The notes beneath the pieces were generated by a model, which saw only the letters and a program-made list of their open reading frames with translations, had not been told where the DNA came from and ran no database searches. Source: Chlorokybus atmophyticus (Eukaryota > Plantae > Mesostigma and Chlorokybus algae). Taken from it: a stretch of 64,000 bases of DNA. How positions within the stretch are numbered: position 1 is the stretch's first letter; every line of letters begins with the position of its first letter. The stretch is from contig RHPI01002090.1 of NCBI GenBank assembly GCA_009103225.1, positions 122,625 through 186,624 of the forward strand, read 5' to 3'. Made by a program: the position numbers and the translations under genes. Below, in pieces: positions 53,501 through 64,000 of the stretch.

Positions 53501-56500
53501 CGCATTTCGCAACATTGCTCTGGTTGCGGAAATCCTTGCTCATGGCATCCCAAATGCCTGTAGTTACATCAGTTCAGCATGGCACGCACGTCTGGCTTGA
53601 ACATGTTATCACAGACCAGTCAGCACGTGCAGCATACTCAGCCAAACATTTGCGCATAGCATGCACTTGCAGCTGTCGACCACAGAAAGCGCTATATACC
53701 CCGATAGTGTACCTTGCGCTGTAAGCTTGGCATCGCTGGCGAAAAACCAAGCGGAATGCTGCCTCAACTGATTGGTGCTGCTCGCCAAGAACTGCCACAA
53801 TGAGTATACAAGGTTATGCTATGTGAGACCGAGGATGTCGTGAATGACTCATACTCACTCACGTGATCATTGTCAGTTCACAAAAACCTCTGCAATCACC
53901 TCGTAGTGCCGGTTGCCGATTGTCAGTCCACGCTGCACAATCTCCTTGACTCGCTCGTACACGTCTGCCTTGTCTCGCAACACTCCTAACGGGAGCCTCT
54001 GGTGATCATCCTCAGTGAAAGCCACCCTGCATGCAAGGCCAACTTCTCTCTGGTGCGCACGCTAGTGGCAGAGATGGAAGGCTTATGTTCATGTTGATGG
54101 CATGCTCACCGCAGGAATCTATCTGATATGCCAGGCTTCTCGTACTGTCGGAGCACGCGATTGGAGAAGTCCAGCTCCATACCCGCACACAGAACACGCG
54201 TGGGCGTCACGTTCACACGCCGCACCCATACCTAGTGGGTAAGACATAATGAAAACGAGGCAATGGATGCCACATGCCTTTGATGTCATGGACACACAGT
54301 AGTACTGGTGCTGCATGTATGCAGACAATGCATGCACATAGCGCAACTCCACTCCCGACACATGTGTCATGTATGCAGGTGCTTGACTCACCACAGAATG
54401 TCCCTCACCTGTCCATTGGCAGCAGCACTTGCTAACAATAGTGGTACTTCACGAGGCCTTGACTGGATGTTGCGAAGCTTCGCGCTCAATGTGTTCGTTG
54501 GATAAAACAGCGCTTCGCCTTCGCGACGAGTATCTGCCAGGATCTCCTGGGAACGACCTCATGTTGTTAGCAAGAGTCCATCATCCTGATTGCCAAGGTC
54601 AGCTCAATTACCTGCAATGCAGTGATGGCCACATTTTCTTTTGTCTCTCGCAATAGTTCATAGAATCTGTCGTCTAGATTGTGCACGCTGACACTCCAGC
54701 TGGCAAGGCATGTAGCAACTTAGAGAATATCAGGTCTACTTGACACAACGCAAAACTAAAGCACTTGTGACAGCAACTCTCCGGCGCACTTGTGCAAGCA
54801 AGCATAATTTGCTAAGAAACAAACCTGTGCACAAGGGAGTAAACAAGGAACATGACCGCGAATGGTATCTTCTTGCTTCTTGTCAACACGTGTGCGTCTG
54901 CCCAGCTTTGTGTGCTAGGACCTGTTGATATCTGGTCCAGCAGCTTGGCCAGTCCCAAGAAAGCAGCAGAATCGTGTTTTATGTCCAAAGGCTGCATGCA
55001 TAGTTGAGGTGAAGCACAAAACTGCAGGCCAACAGGGGCGCAACCGCATTTTAAGACATATTCAGAGAGAAACAAAATTGCCAAATGCGTGGCACAGCAA
55101 TACTTTTGCAAGCACATACATACCCGTAGATCTATCTTGTGGCTGTGAGCAAAAGGTGCGAAGCTTTTGATCAATTGATGTACATGTGCTGCAGGTGTAG
55201 TGGCAGCAATGACGAAACGATGAACTCCACAACTCCCCAAAGCGTTTTCGGGGGTGTAATCCACGCTTCGCTCCCAAGGTGCGTCTGAATGTTCTCTAAG
55301 AAATTCAACAACAATGTTGAGGCAAGTAGGTGAGACTTTGCGGAGGCAAACTCAGATACTATGCAGTGTCACCTCAGCGCATATACACGTGGTGGACCGT
55401 ATAGCTGGAAAACAACCGCCTGCCAAGACGCAACTATTAGTTGACAAAGCGAGTTGCAGAGGCATGTTATTGCTTATTATTGCATAGACGCGATATTTGG
55501 TCTAAAACACGATGTAACACATCAACAAGTCTCTTCCATACTTTGTCAATGTCGCTGGCTTGCAGGAAAACAAAGTTGATGTCTTTGAAAAGGTATTGCA
55601 ACTTGAAGGTGCGATGCCTTTGCACATTGCGGTCGTACTCGTTGAGAAACACAGAGGCCATGCAGCTCCCTTCATTGACGGCGAAGAAGCCACCTGATCG
55701 GGTTGTTACGGCGGCACAGAACGTGTACCTTGCTGTGAAGGCCCAAACTGCACTTCTTGCAGAGTAACGCTGTTCGCCGGAACAGTGGGTCCTTTAGGAA
55801 CAGCACTTGCATGCTGGCATAGAAAGAAAAAATAGAACTGTTAGCGCGCAAGATGGCACATGCATGAGCTTGCAGGCTAGCAGTAGTTCGCCAAAAGGGT
55901 GGTGGGGTAGGGTGGTTTCCGGGGAAGCATGTGGTTTTGAGATGAACGGGCACATGCACAATGCCTCACATGTTTTGACAATATACTTGAGCAGAAGCAA
56001 GCCACAAACAACGCATGCTTGCTAAGAAGCTGTTGCAATGCGCTGCATGTTGCTCTCCGTGCATGAGCATGCATATGTATTCACCTGGTTACCAACTTGC
56101 GGCACTGAGCGGCTCCTGGCTGGAGGCCGCTGTGAAGAACGCTGTGTTTGTTGAGTGCCAGACCAAGACTGTTGCCGAGCAATGTGGGAGTTGTTTCCTG
56201 GTGGAGCAATCTGGTTATGTGCTGTGCCATTGTTCAGCTGACTACGTGTGCGGCCGCTCCCGCCATTGCTGTCGCCAGTTTGCTGCTGTTGCGGTGGCTG
56301 CCTGATCGCCCTGCCTCCATCTTGTGAAGTGTTTGAGTATGGGCTTGAAGGCGGCCTGTGTTGGAAGTTGTGCGCGCCTTGTGAATATTGATAACCATTG
56401 CTGTGTATGTTGCCGTTGGCGATGCTTCCTTGCTGTCTTTCGAACCCTGAACTGCGCTGAGCATGCCTGCGACAAAGCAGACATGATTACTCGCCGTGAC

Positions 56501-57410
56501 TGTGCACAAGGATTGACACAAACGCTAGAGTGGCGTTAGTGCAAATGGTGGAGGCCGCAGTAATGCAGCAGACTTCATGGTAGTGTGACACTGACCTGCT
56601 GGACTGCGAGCTGCGTCCTTGTTCGCACGATGCCGTCTGTCGCTCAGACATCAGCACTGCAAGTCGTTAGACTGCACATGTCTGCGAGGTGCTGAGCGCG
56701 GCTCCGCGCAGAAATGCGCATGTCACACTCGCATTCTAGCAGTAGCTGAGACACCCGACTGCGCGTCTGCGCAAGCAAACAACGGTCAAACAGCAAGTAA
56801 GCAGGTAGCCTTGCAAACAGATGGCCAAGTTAATATTGAAGTACGTCAATGCAGACAACCTACAGTTGTAACAAGGTCAGCAAGTGTGAGTGAGATAGCA
56901 AGGATTGCAGCACGTGAACATGTTGGTAAGTGCCTGTGCAGTTAAGGAAGTAAGCCAACAATCACGCCACAGGACAAGCACGCAAGCGCGTAACTACGTA
57001 ACAAATTACTATGATTAGAGGTTGAGTGCAAAACGCAACAGCATGCACCAGTACAAGTCAGCTGACAATCAACCCAAGCTAACTCTGCAGCTGTCACAAG
57101 TCAGCATTGTCACAGTGACTTAGCACTTATAGCCACTTGAAACGCTCCACTTGGCTTGCTCCTCTCGCTACAAGCTTGCCCACCAGCTAACCTCAAGCGC
57201 AGTATCCCACCCAGTGACAACCGGTGAGCAACTAGCTCGTGAAAACACTGTCTCTTGGGCACGATAGTATGCATTGGCCAGATTGAGTACTCGGTTGCAC
57301 CACACGACTTACACAAAACAGCTTGGTTTGCTGAAACCGCATTACGCGACCATTAGCTCGCATGCCTAGCCCAACTTGTACCTTGTAATGCACGCCCGCA
57401 GTGCATTCGC
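50520..57410 (-). CDS. RDR: Cellular RNA-dependent RNA polymerase, RDR-alpha (RDR1/2/6-like) clade; 5' end uncertain
   Basis: [103 protein letters not shown] (catalytic DLDGD), LGQIANAH, VDYPKTG, YPDFMEK, RLLSFPW. Upstream exons at 53.5-57.4 kb were only partly traced. Confidence 0.93.
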
Positions 57411-57702
57411 TGCCGTGTCAAGAAGGAGAGCTCTGCAGCAATTTCGCTAGGTCAGCTGGCCACCAGCAGCCCTGGCCTGTCCGCGCCTCCCCCGCCGCCG
57501 CCGCTGCACCTGCCCAGGCCGCCTGCGCATGAAGCTGTGCCTGACGTTGGCAAGCATGTGCATGGCGTGGAACACGGCGGCGGTGGCGGTGGCGGTGGCG
57601 GTGGCGGGATAGGGTTTTTGTCCGGAGGGGTGTCGATTACGTCGCTGAGTTGCGTGTGCGGGGACAGGGAGAGGTGAGAGTAGCAGAGAACCTCCCAGGC
57701 CC

Positions 57703-58453
57703 ATGTCCGCCGCACCCAAGCCATCGACAGCCAAAGCACCTGCTGAGGAGGAGAACAAGGTTTGTCTTGTAAGCACAATTGGGTTCCATCTCTGCTTGCA
57801 TGCACAAGGTGGTATGAATGAACACTTTACAACATTTCTGCAAGTCGATGCCGCATGCTATGCACAACAAGGCCTTGCATGTTCACGCTCACACTCTTTA
57901 TGCATGTTGCGCGAACATGAGCATTACAGTAGAAGGAATATCAGCAGCAACCTTCACAGCGCAAGGCTTGTGGTTCTGCGTGCGTACGTCTTTGCAACTG
58001 AACCGGCTAACTGGCTGATGTCTATGCTAAGCATTGCCAGAGACTGTGGTTGCTGCTCTGGATTTGGGGGGCTTGTCATTGCAGTGTGTTCAGAAGAAAT
58101 TTGTGTTCACCTTATTGGTGTTCAGCGTATGGTCACTTTGCACCTAACAGGCGGACGTCTGCGGTGGAGAAGCTTTGGCGCTGTTGAACTGCATAGCCGG
58201 CAAGGAGTATAAGCCCGATAAGTGCATGGCTCTCATGGCCAAGCTTCGCGAGTGCGTCCTGGCGCAGGTCAGTTGCGAGGTGCACAACATGAGGTGCAAT
58301 GTTTCAGGTGACTTGTTGTGCAGTCTCGTGACACGGGCATGCTGCAAATACCGCTTACAGGGTGTGAAGGACTTCACCTCTGAGCCGTGTGATTGTGAGG
58401 AGTTGCCGCAGCTGTCCAGAAGCACGCACAGTAACTCAGGTTCAGCGGGATGA
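57703..58453 (+). CDS. Small twin-CX9C (CHCH) protein, probable mitochondrial intermembrane-space protein
   Basis: MSAAPKPSTAKAPAEEENK|ADVC-GGEALALLN-CIAGKEYKPDKC-MALMAKLRE-CVLAQ|GVKDFTSE...*. Two exact CX9C motifs; exons in phase. Confidence 0.75.
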
Positions 58454-59654
58454 TACGGACTCTTGCTACTGTTTAGCGGTTGCGCTGTGTTTGCAACCGT
58501 CCTATGTGACCACCAGTAAGGTTGAGCGTAGGTTTGCCTGGTGTTGGTAGCAATAAAGTGGGTTGCGAAGGGTATTCAATAATTATTGAAGGTATTTACA
58601 TGTTGCGTTCAATTGTAGTACAGACCCACAGCTGATTGTTTTGCTTGCAATCAGGTAGAGCAGGGTAGTTTTAGGTTGTCCACCACCCTCTGATGTGCGC
58701 GTTCTTGAACTTAATGCAGTGTGTTTCGGCATGGTCGAGTAGCCTATGCCTTACGTCTTATCATTTGCCAATTGCGTTCATATACATTGCGCCTATGATG
58801 TACACAGGCAGGTACTTCCACGGGCGTGCACAGAGGGAGGGTGTAGGTAACCGATTGTAACTCATGCATGAATGACTAACAGGGGGGCGAAGATGTAGGT
58901 GTAGGAGTAGCGTAGGTAGCCCGGTGGTCGCGCATGTAGTAACGAGGCGAGTGTGTTCTGCAGAGTGTTGCATGCGTGGTGTGGTCTGAATGGGCATACC
59001 CCTCTCGCATTTTCTGTACGTTGTTGGTACATTACACATGCAACCCCCACCTGGACACATCAGGAGCGCATGCACATGCACAAAACAGCACGGATGGGAG
59101 TGGCGCATGCATTATTGTACCTGCTTGTTCCGGGCTCGTCTATGTTCCTATGCATTGCAGAGGCTGGGCAAGGGTAGGTGAGGCTGTACGACAACCATTA
59201 CGCCTGATGCACTGCTGGCCTACTTCATTGGCAAACACTGCAATCAACCTCTCCTGTTGCAGTAAGAGTGGTATCAAGCACTATCGGGCACAGGATGGCA
59301 TGCGCCAGCAGCTGTACACAACAGCATACCCCTTTACCCAAAGTCTACCAATACCGCGCATTCGAGCGCATGCTAGTTGACATTGGCACTTGGCAAATTA
59401 ATCTGTTAATCATCACCTGACGCGGCTGGCAGCGCCTCCAACAACCTTGCGGTCACAAGTTACTGCTGAGCAAGAGTGCAATGCATTGCTAGCCAACCAC
59501 TCAGCAAAACAATTACAAGTTTACAATAGGTTTGCACATTGTCTGCAATGCACAGCAGCGTTCTACATGGGCACATACGCTGATAACCCAACACTGTACG
59601 TGGGTATGTACATATCTACAAGCAAGCGGTGGTAGCAAACTACGCGTAACCGTT

Positions 59655-62600
59655 CTATGAGATACCAGCAGGGGTGCCAGAGGTGGGTGTCACTGTAGTT
59701 GTCGCCCCGTTCAGCACAACAACATTCCCATTGGCATCTACGTCAACAATGGCCGAGTCTCCCTCTTTGATCTCGCCGCCGAGAATGCGCTCTGCGAGGG
59801 AGTCCTCCAGCAGCCGCATAATGGCGCGGCGCAGCGGGCGTGCTCCATACGACACGCTGAAGCCCTCGTCCACAAGGCGGTCCTTGAAGCGCTCCGTGAC
59901 ATCCAGCATCATGCCCTTGTCCTTCATGCGGTTGAAGACCTCCTTGAGCATGAGCTCAGCGATCTCCTTGACCTCCGGCTTGGTGAGCTGCCTGAAGACG
60001 ATGATCTCATCGAGTCTGTTCAGGAACTCCGGACGGAAGTACTGCTTCAGCTCCTCGTTGACGAGCGTCTTGATGCGGTTGTAGCTGTGATCAACGGCAT
60101 CGTCGTTGAGGATGAAACCCATCTGGCCGCCGCCCTTCTCTATGACGCTGCTCCCGACGTTGGACGTCATGATGAGCAGCGTGTTCTTGAAGTCTACAGT
60201 CCGGCCCTTGCTGTCCGTCAAGCGGCCGTCTTCCAAAATCTGGAGCATCATGTTGAAGACATCAGGATGCGCCTTCTCAATCTCGTCAAAGAGGACGACC
60301 GTGTAAGGTCGGCGGCGAACCGCCTCTGTCAGCTGGCCACCCTCTGTGTAGCCCACATAGCCTGGGGGAGAACCGATCAACTTTGACACGGTGTGTCGCT
60401 CCATGAACTCGCTCATGTCAAGCCTCACCATTGCCTGCAGGCACTACTGTTAGCAACCGCACTCACAACAATGCTCTAAACTGCTCACTACTCAGATAGA
60501 CACACGCACACACAGATACGCACACTTGCGCACATAAAAAGCGATCAGCATGGCCCACAGCATGCGGCAACACACCTCTTCGGAGCCAAAATAGTAAGCT
60601 GCAAGAGCCTTGGCCAGCTCAGACTTGCCGACACCAGTGGGGCCAGAGAAGATGAAGCTCGCTATGGGGCGGTTGGGGTTCTTCAGGCCCACGCGCGCAC
60701 GGCGGATGGCTCTGCTGATAGCCTGGACCGCCTCTTCCTGGCCGATCAGGCGCTGGTGCAGGGTGTCCTCCATCTTCAGCAAGCGGTCGCTCTCGTCGGT
60801 GCTGACCTTCTCCACTGGAATACCAGTCCAGGCAGAGACAATCTGTTGGATGTCTGCCTCCGTCACAACAGGGCCACCAGCATCGGACTCGGACTGTAAA
60901 CAAGGGCAAGTTAGCACAATCCCGACTTGACCAAACAAAACAGGCTAATATTTGCCAACACACCAACGCACTGATGTTGCAGTAATTGCAAGTGTTAGTA
61001 TGGAGAGTAGCCACTGCACCTGCTCGGCCTTGGTTTGCTCCACAGCTTTACTGGTAATCAGCTGAATGCGAGTCTTGAACTCCATCTCCTTGTCTCTCAG
61101 CTGCCCAGCCCGCTCAAAGTCTTGGCCGCGGACGGCATCGTTCTTCTCCTTGGTGATGGCTCTGAGCTGCAGCTCCAAGTCCCTGGCTTCGGGTGGCAAC
61201 TGCGCGTGTCTCAGGCGCACGCGAGAGCCGGCCTCATCAATGAGGTCAATGGCCTTGTCAGGCAGGAAGCGATCTGAGATGTACTGGGCGGAAAGCCGAG
61301 CAGCTGCCTCCAACGCTTCTTCAGTGTACCGCAGCTTATGATGCACCTCATAGCGCTCCCGCAATCCCTGGAGGATTGCAATGGTCTCATCCACAGTCGG
61401 CTCGGGCACTTGCACGGGCTGGAAACGCCGCTCGAGCGCCGCATCCTTCTCAATGTGTTTGCGGTACTCGTCGATGGTAGTTGCGCCAATGCATTGCAGC
61501 TCACCACGCGCCAGTGCTGGCTTCAGAATGTTTGCTGCATCAATTGCGCCCTCTGCAGCGCCAGCACCAATCAGGGTGTGAACCTCATCAATGACCAGGA
61601 TGATATCATCCGCATCTTTAATCTCCTGCATCAACTTCTTGAGGCGCTCCTCAAACTCGCCACGGTATTTTGTGCCGGCAACCAGCAGACCCATATCCAG
61701 GGTGACAACTCTCTTTCCCTCAATCGTCTCGGGCACATCACCGCGTGCAATCATCTGAGCAAGACCCTCTGCAATGGCAGTCTTGCCAACACCAGGTTCT
61801 CCAATCAAGCAAGGGTTATTCTTAGTGCGACGCCCAAGGATCTGAATAACACGCTCAATCTGCGGCTTGCGTCCAACAACAGGATCCAACTTGCCCTACG
61901 GTTGTTTCGAAAACTTAGCACAAGTGTGTAACACACGTTGCATGCAAGGTGCAGCGTTGATGGCAAGTACCTCTTCAGCCAATTTGGTGAGATTGGTTCC
62001 AAACTCCTCCTATTGAATCAACTGCACAGTCAATACTGCAACAGAAAACAGGGCAACACAAAACGTTGCAGCAGCAGATGCACACCCCAACATGCATACC
62101 AGCGTTGGAGTTTTGGGTGCATTAGGGCTGGTACCAACTCCGGCGCCCACTGCTTCCGAGTTCTCACCAACCATGCGAATGACTTGCGTGCGAATCTTGC
62201 CGGGATCGGCCCCAAGGGTTTCAAGCACCCGTGCCGCAACACCCTCCCCTTCCTTCAACAATCCCAGCAGCAGGTGCTCTGTGCCAATGTAGTTGTGCCC
62301 TGCGTGGCAGGATTTGATGTTACAATGCAGCCAAGCTAGTATAGTACAGCAAGATATATAACAACAGTGATTCATAGCAGAGTTGCAGATCAGCCAAAAG
62401 CAACAGCAATGCATGCAGTGCGCAACTCACCAAGCTGTCGTGCCTCATCCAGGCTAAGCTCCAACACACGCTTTGCGCGTGGTGTGAAAGGAATCTCCAC
62501 CGCAACAAAGCCTGAGCCTCGCCCGATGATCTTTTCAACCTCCACGCGCGCCTCCTTCAGGTTAACTCCCATCGACTTGAGCACCTGTTACAAGAATTTT

Positions 62601-63324
62601 CATTAAGCTGCAGATGAATGGAGACAAGGGACATGCCCTGATGCAGTTGAGACAGCAATGAAGATAAAACTCAGCGCCTACTGCACCAACAACACAAGAT
62701 AACACAAAAATTCAATCACTAGCAGGACACCCGGCAATGTGTGCCAAGCACGCATGCCAGAAGGCAGTGAGGCCATGCTGTCTCCACCAACACTAGCATG
62801 CCAGATGTAGACATGCGCAACCGGAACACAAGCACCATTGATAGTGGGACAGCCAGTACAGCAGCAATTAATTAGGCACTGACCTTGGCGGCAATGCCGG
62901 TGCCTTCGCCGATGAGCCCAAGGAGCACCTGCTCTGTGCCGACGAAATTGTGGCCAAGCCGCCTGGCCTCCTCTTGCGCGAGCATGATGACCTTGATGGC
63001 CTTCTCAGTGAACCGCTCAAACATCATCACGGTGGCCTTTCGCCGATGGGAGGTGCTGCTGCTCCTTGCCGATGATGATGTATGCAGCTGGCCGGGCTGA
63101 GTCCGCAGGCCATCTGCTGGCCTGAAGCCCTCATAAGTGGTTAGTGCAAGTGGCTTGGCAGCTGCTGCTCTGTGCCCAGCCAGTTGTGTCGGATGCTGGC
63201 AGATAGCGATGGCCTGGGCTCTCCGGGTGATGCTGCACCCGTGGGAGGAGCGAGCGCCCGGCCACGACGACAAGGACGATGTCGGGGCGGCTGTCGCAGC
63301 CGATGCCACGACGGAGGCAGCCAT
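59655..63324 (-). CDS. clpC: Chloroplast ATP-dependent Clp protease chaperone subunit ClpC
   Basis: Transit peptide MAASVVAS..., then [32 protein letters not shown], Walker [34 protein letters not shown] region, second Walker [54 protein letters not shown]. Confidence 0.98.
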
Positions 63325-64000
63325 GCTGGGGAAGCCACCCACACCACCAAGCAGGCTGGCTGCACCGGCCCCGTCAACGCCGCCTCCCGTCCGCCAGGGT
63401 GACAATAACGGTAGACCAACCCTGCATACACCGCTCGGCTGTGCAATTCAGCTCAATTGCCCCACGCAACACCACCACCGCCTACACCGCCGCCTATGCC
63501 ACGGATCCCACCGCAACCCTGCACTCAGCCTGGTCCGAAGCGCACCGCAGAGGTTGCAACTTGCTTGAAGTGCTGCGAGCTCTGTAGAGGACACGCTGGC
63601 AGACAGGAGCGCTGCCGTGGGAACAACCGCCTTTTTTCCACGCGCATGCACGGACCTCTGTACGACGAAAAGACATCATGCATGGCCATTGACCCATGAC
63701 TCATGGGCGAACTTTTCCTTAAGGACCTCCTCTCCCATGAGACGGCCAAAAACGGGCCAAACCAGGGCCAAACCACTGTAGTCCAATTGCGTGATGAGGG
63801 CAGGCGACGTCAGCAGCGCTCTATTGCGCAGAAGTGTGATGATGTGGACAGCGACCGTCAGCAGCACGGGCGGTAGGTAGTTGGCGTGGCTGCCTGGTGG
63901 GTGCCATGTCACTCATGTCAGCCGTCGAGTAGCGAGATATTTTTCTTGCCCCTTCAGACTTAAAGGTGGAGATGCCACATGCCCCACTTCTACATAACGC

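Noticed and set aside
59674-61931. Plus-strand ORFs 59674-60084, 60087-60386, 61338-61931 and similar
   Set aside because: Antisense shadows of ClpC exons.
59655-63324. Bacterial-looking genes (ClpC, also PyrD and the PNPOx-like gene) as possible contamination or recent HGT
   Set aside because: All have spliceosomal introns and N-terminal transit-peptide-like leaders, as expected for endosymbiont-derived nuclear genes.

Overview
Eukaryotic nuclear DNA from a green-plant-lineage alga. An early-diverging streptophyte is plausible but is inference: the genes are intron-rich, and the window has plastid transit peptides, AP2 and DCD domains, a TIL lipocalin and an RDR-alpha polymerase. About 14 spliced genes can be traced by hand: a PNPOx-like FMN protein, a coiled-coil protein, TIL, a large multi-domain chromatin/TF protein, PRP43, RPB10, SMG9, PyrD, a processive GT2, a signal-peptide ankyrin/WW protein, a GT29 sialyltransferase-like protein, RDR, a twin-CX9C protein and ClpC. 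A partial gene lies at the left edge. The best candidates for novelty are four. (1) One spliced gene (18245-24357, minus) joins HARE-HTH, Tudor, BAH, AP2 and DCD domains to an Arg/Asp-rich tail. (2) A nested transposon at 12199-17149 is a hAT element with perfect TIRs and 8-bp TSD but a dead, intron-containing transposase. It carries an unclassified 1.6-kb TIR element with a 2-bp TSD and a palindrome-rich core, plus a 522-bp TRIM with 79-bp LTRs. (3) At least nine GC-AG introns occur. (4) Three adjacent secretory-pathway genes (GT2, ANK-WW, GT29) sit together. All gene models are manual splice reconstructions and no database searches were run. An assembly gap lies at 44099-44265.
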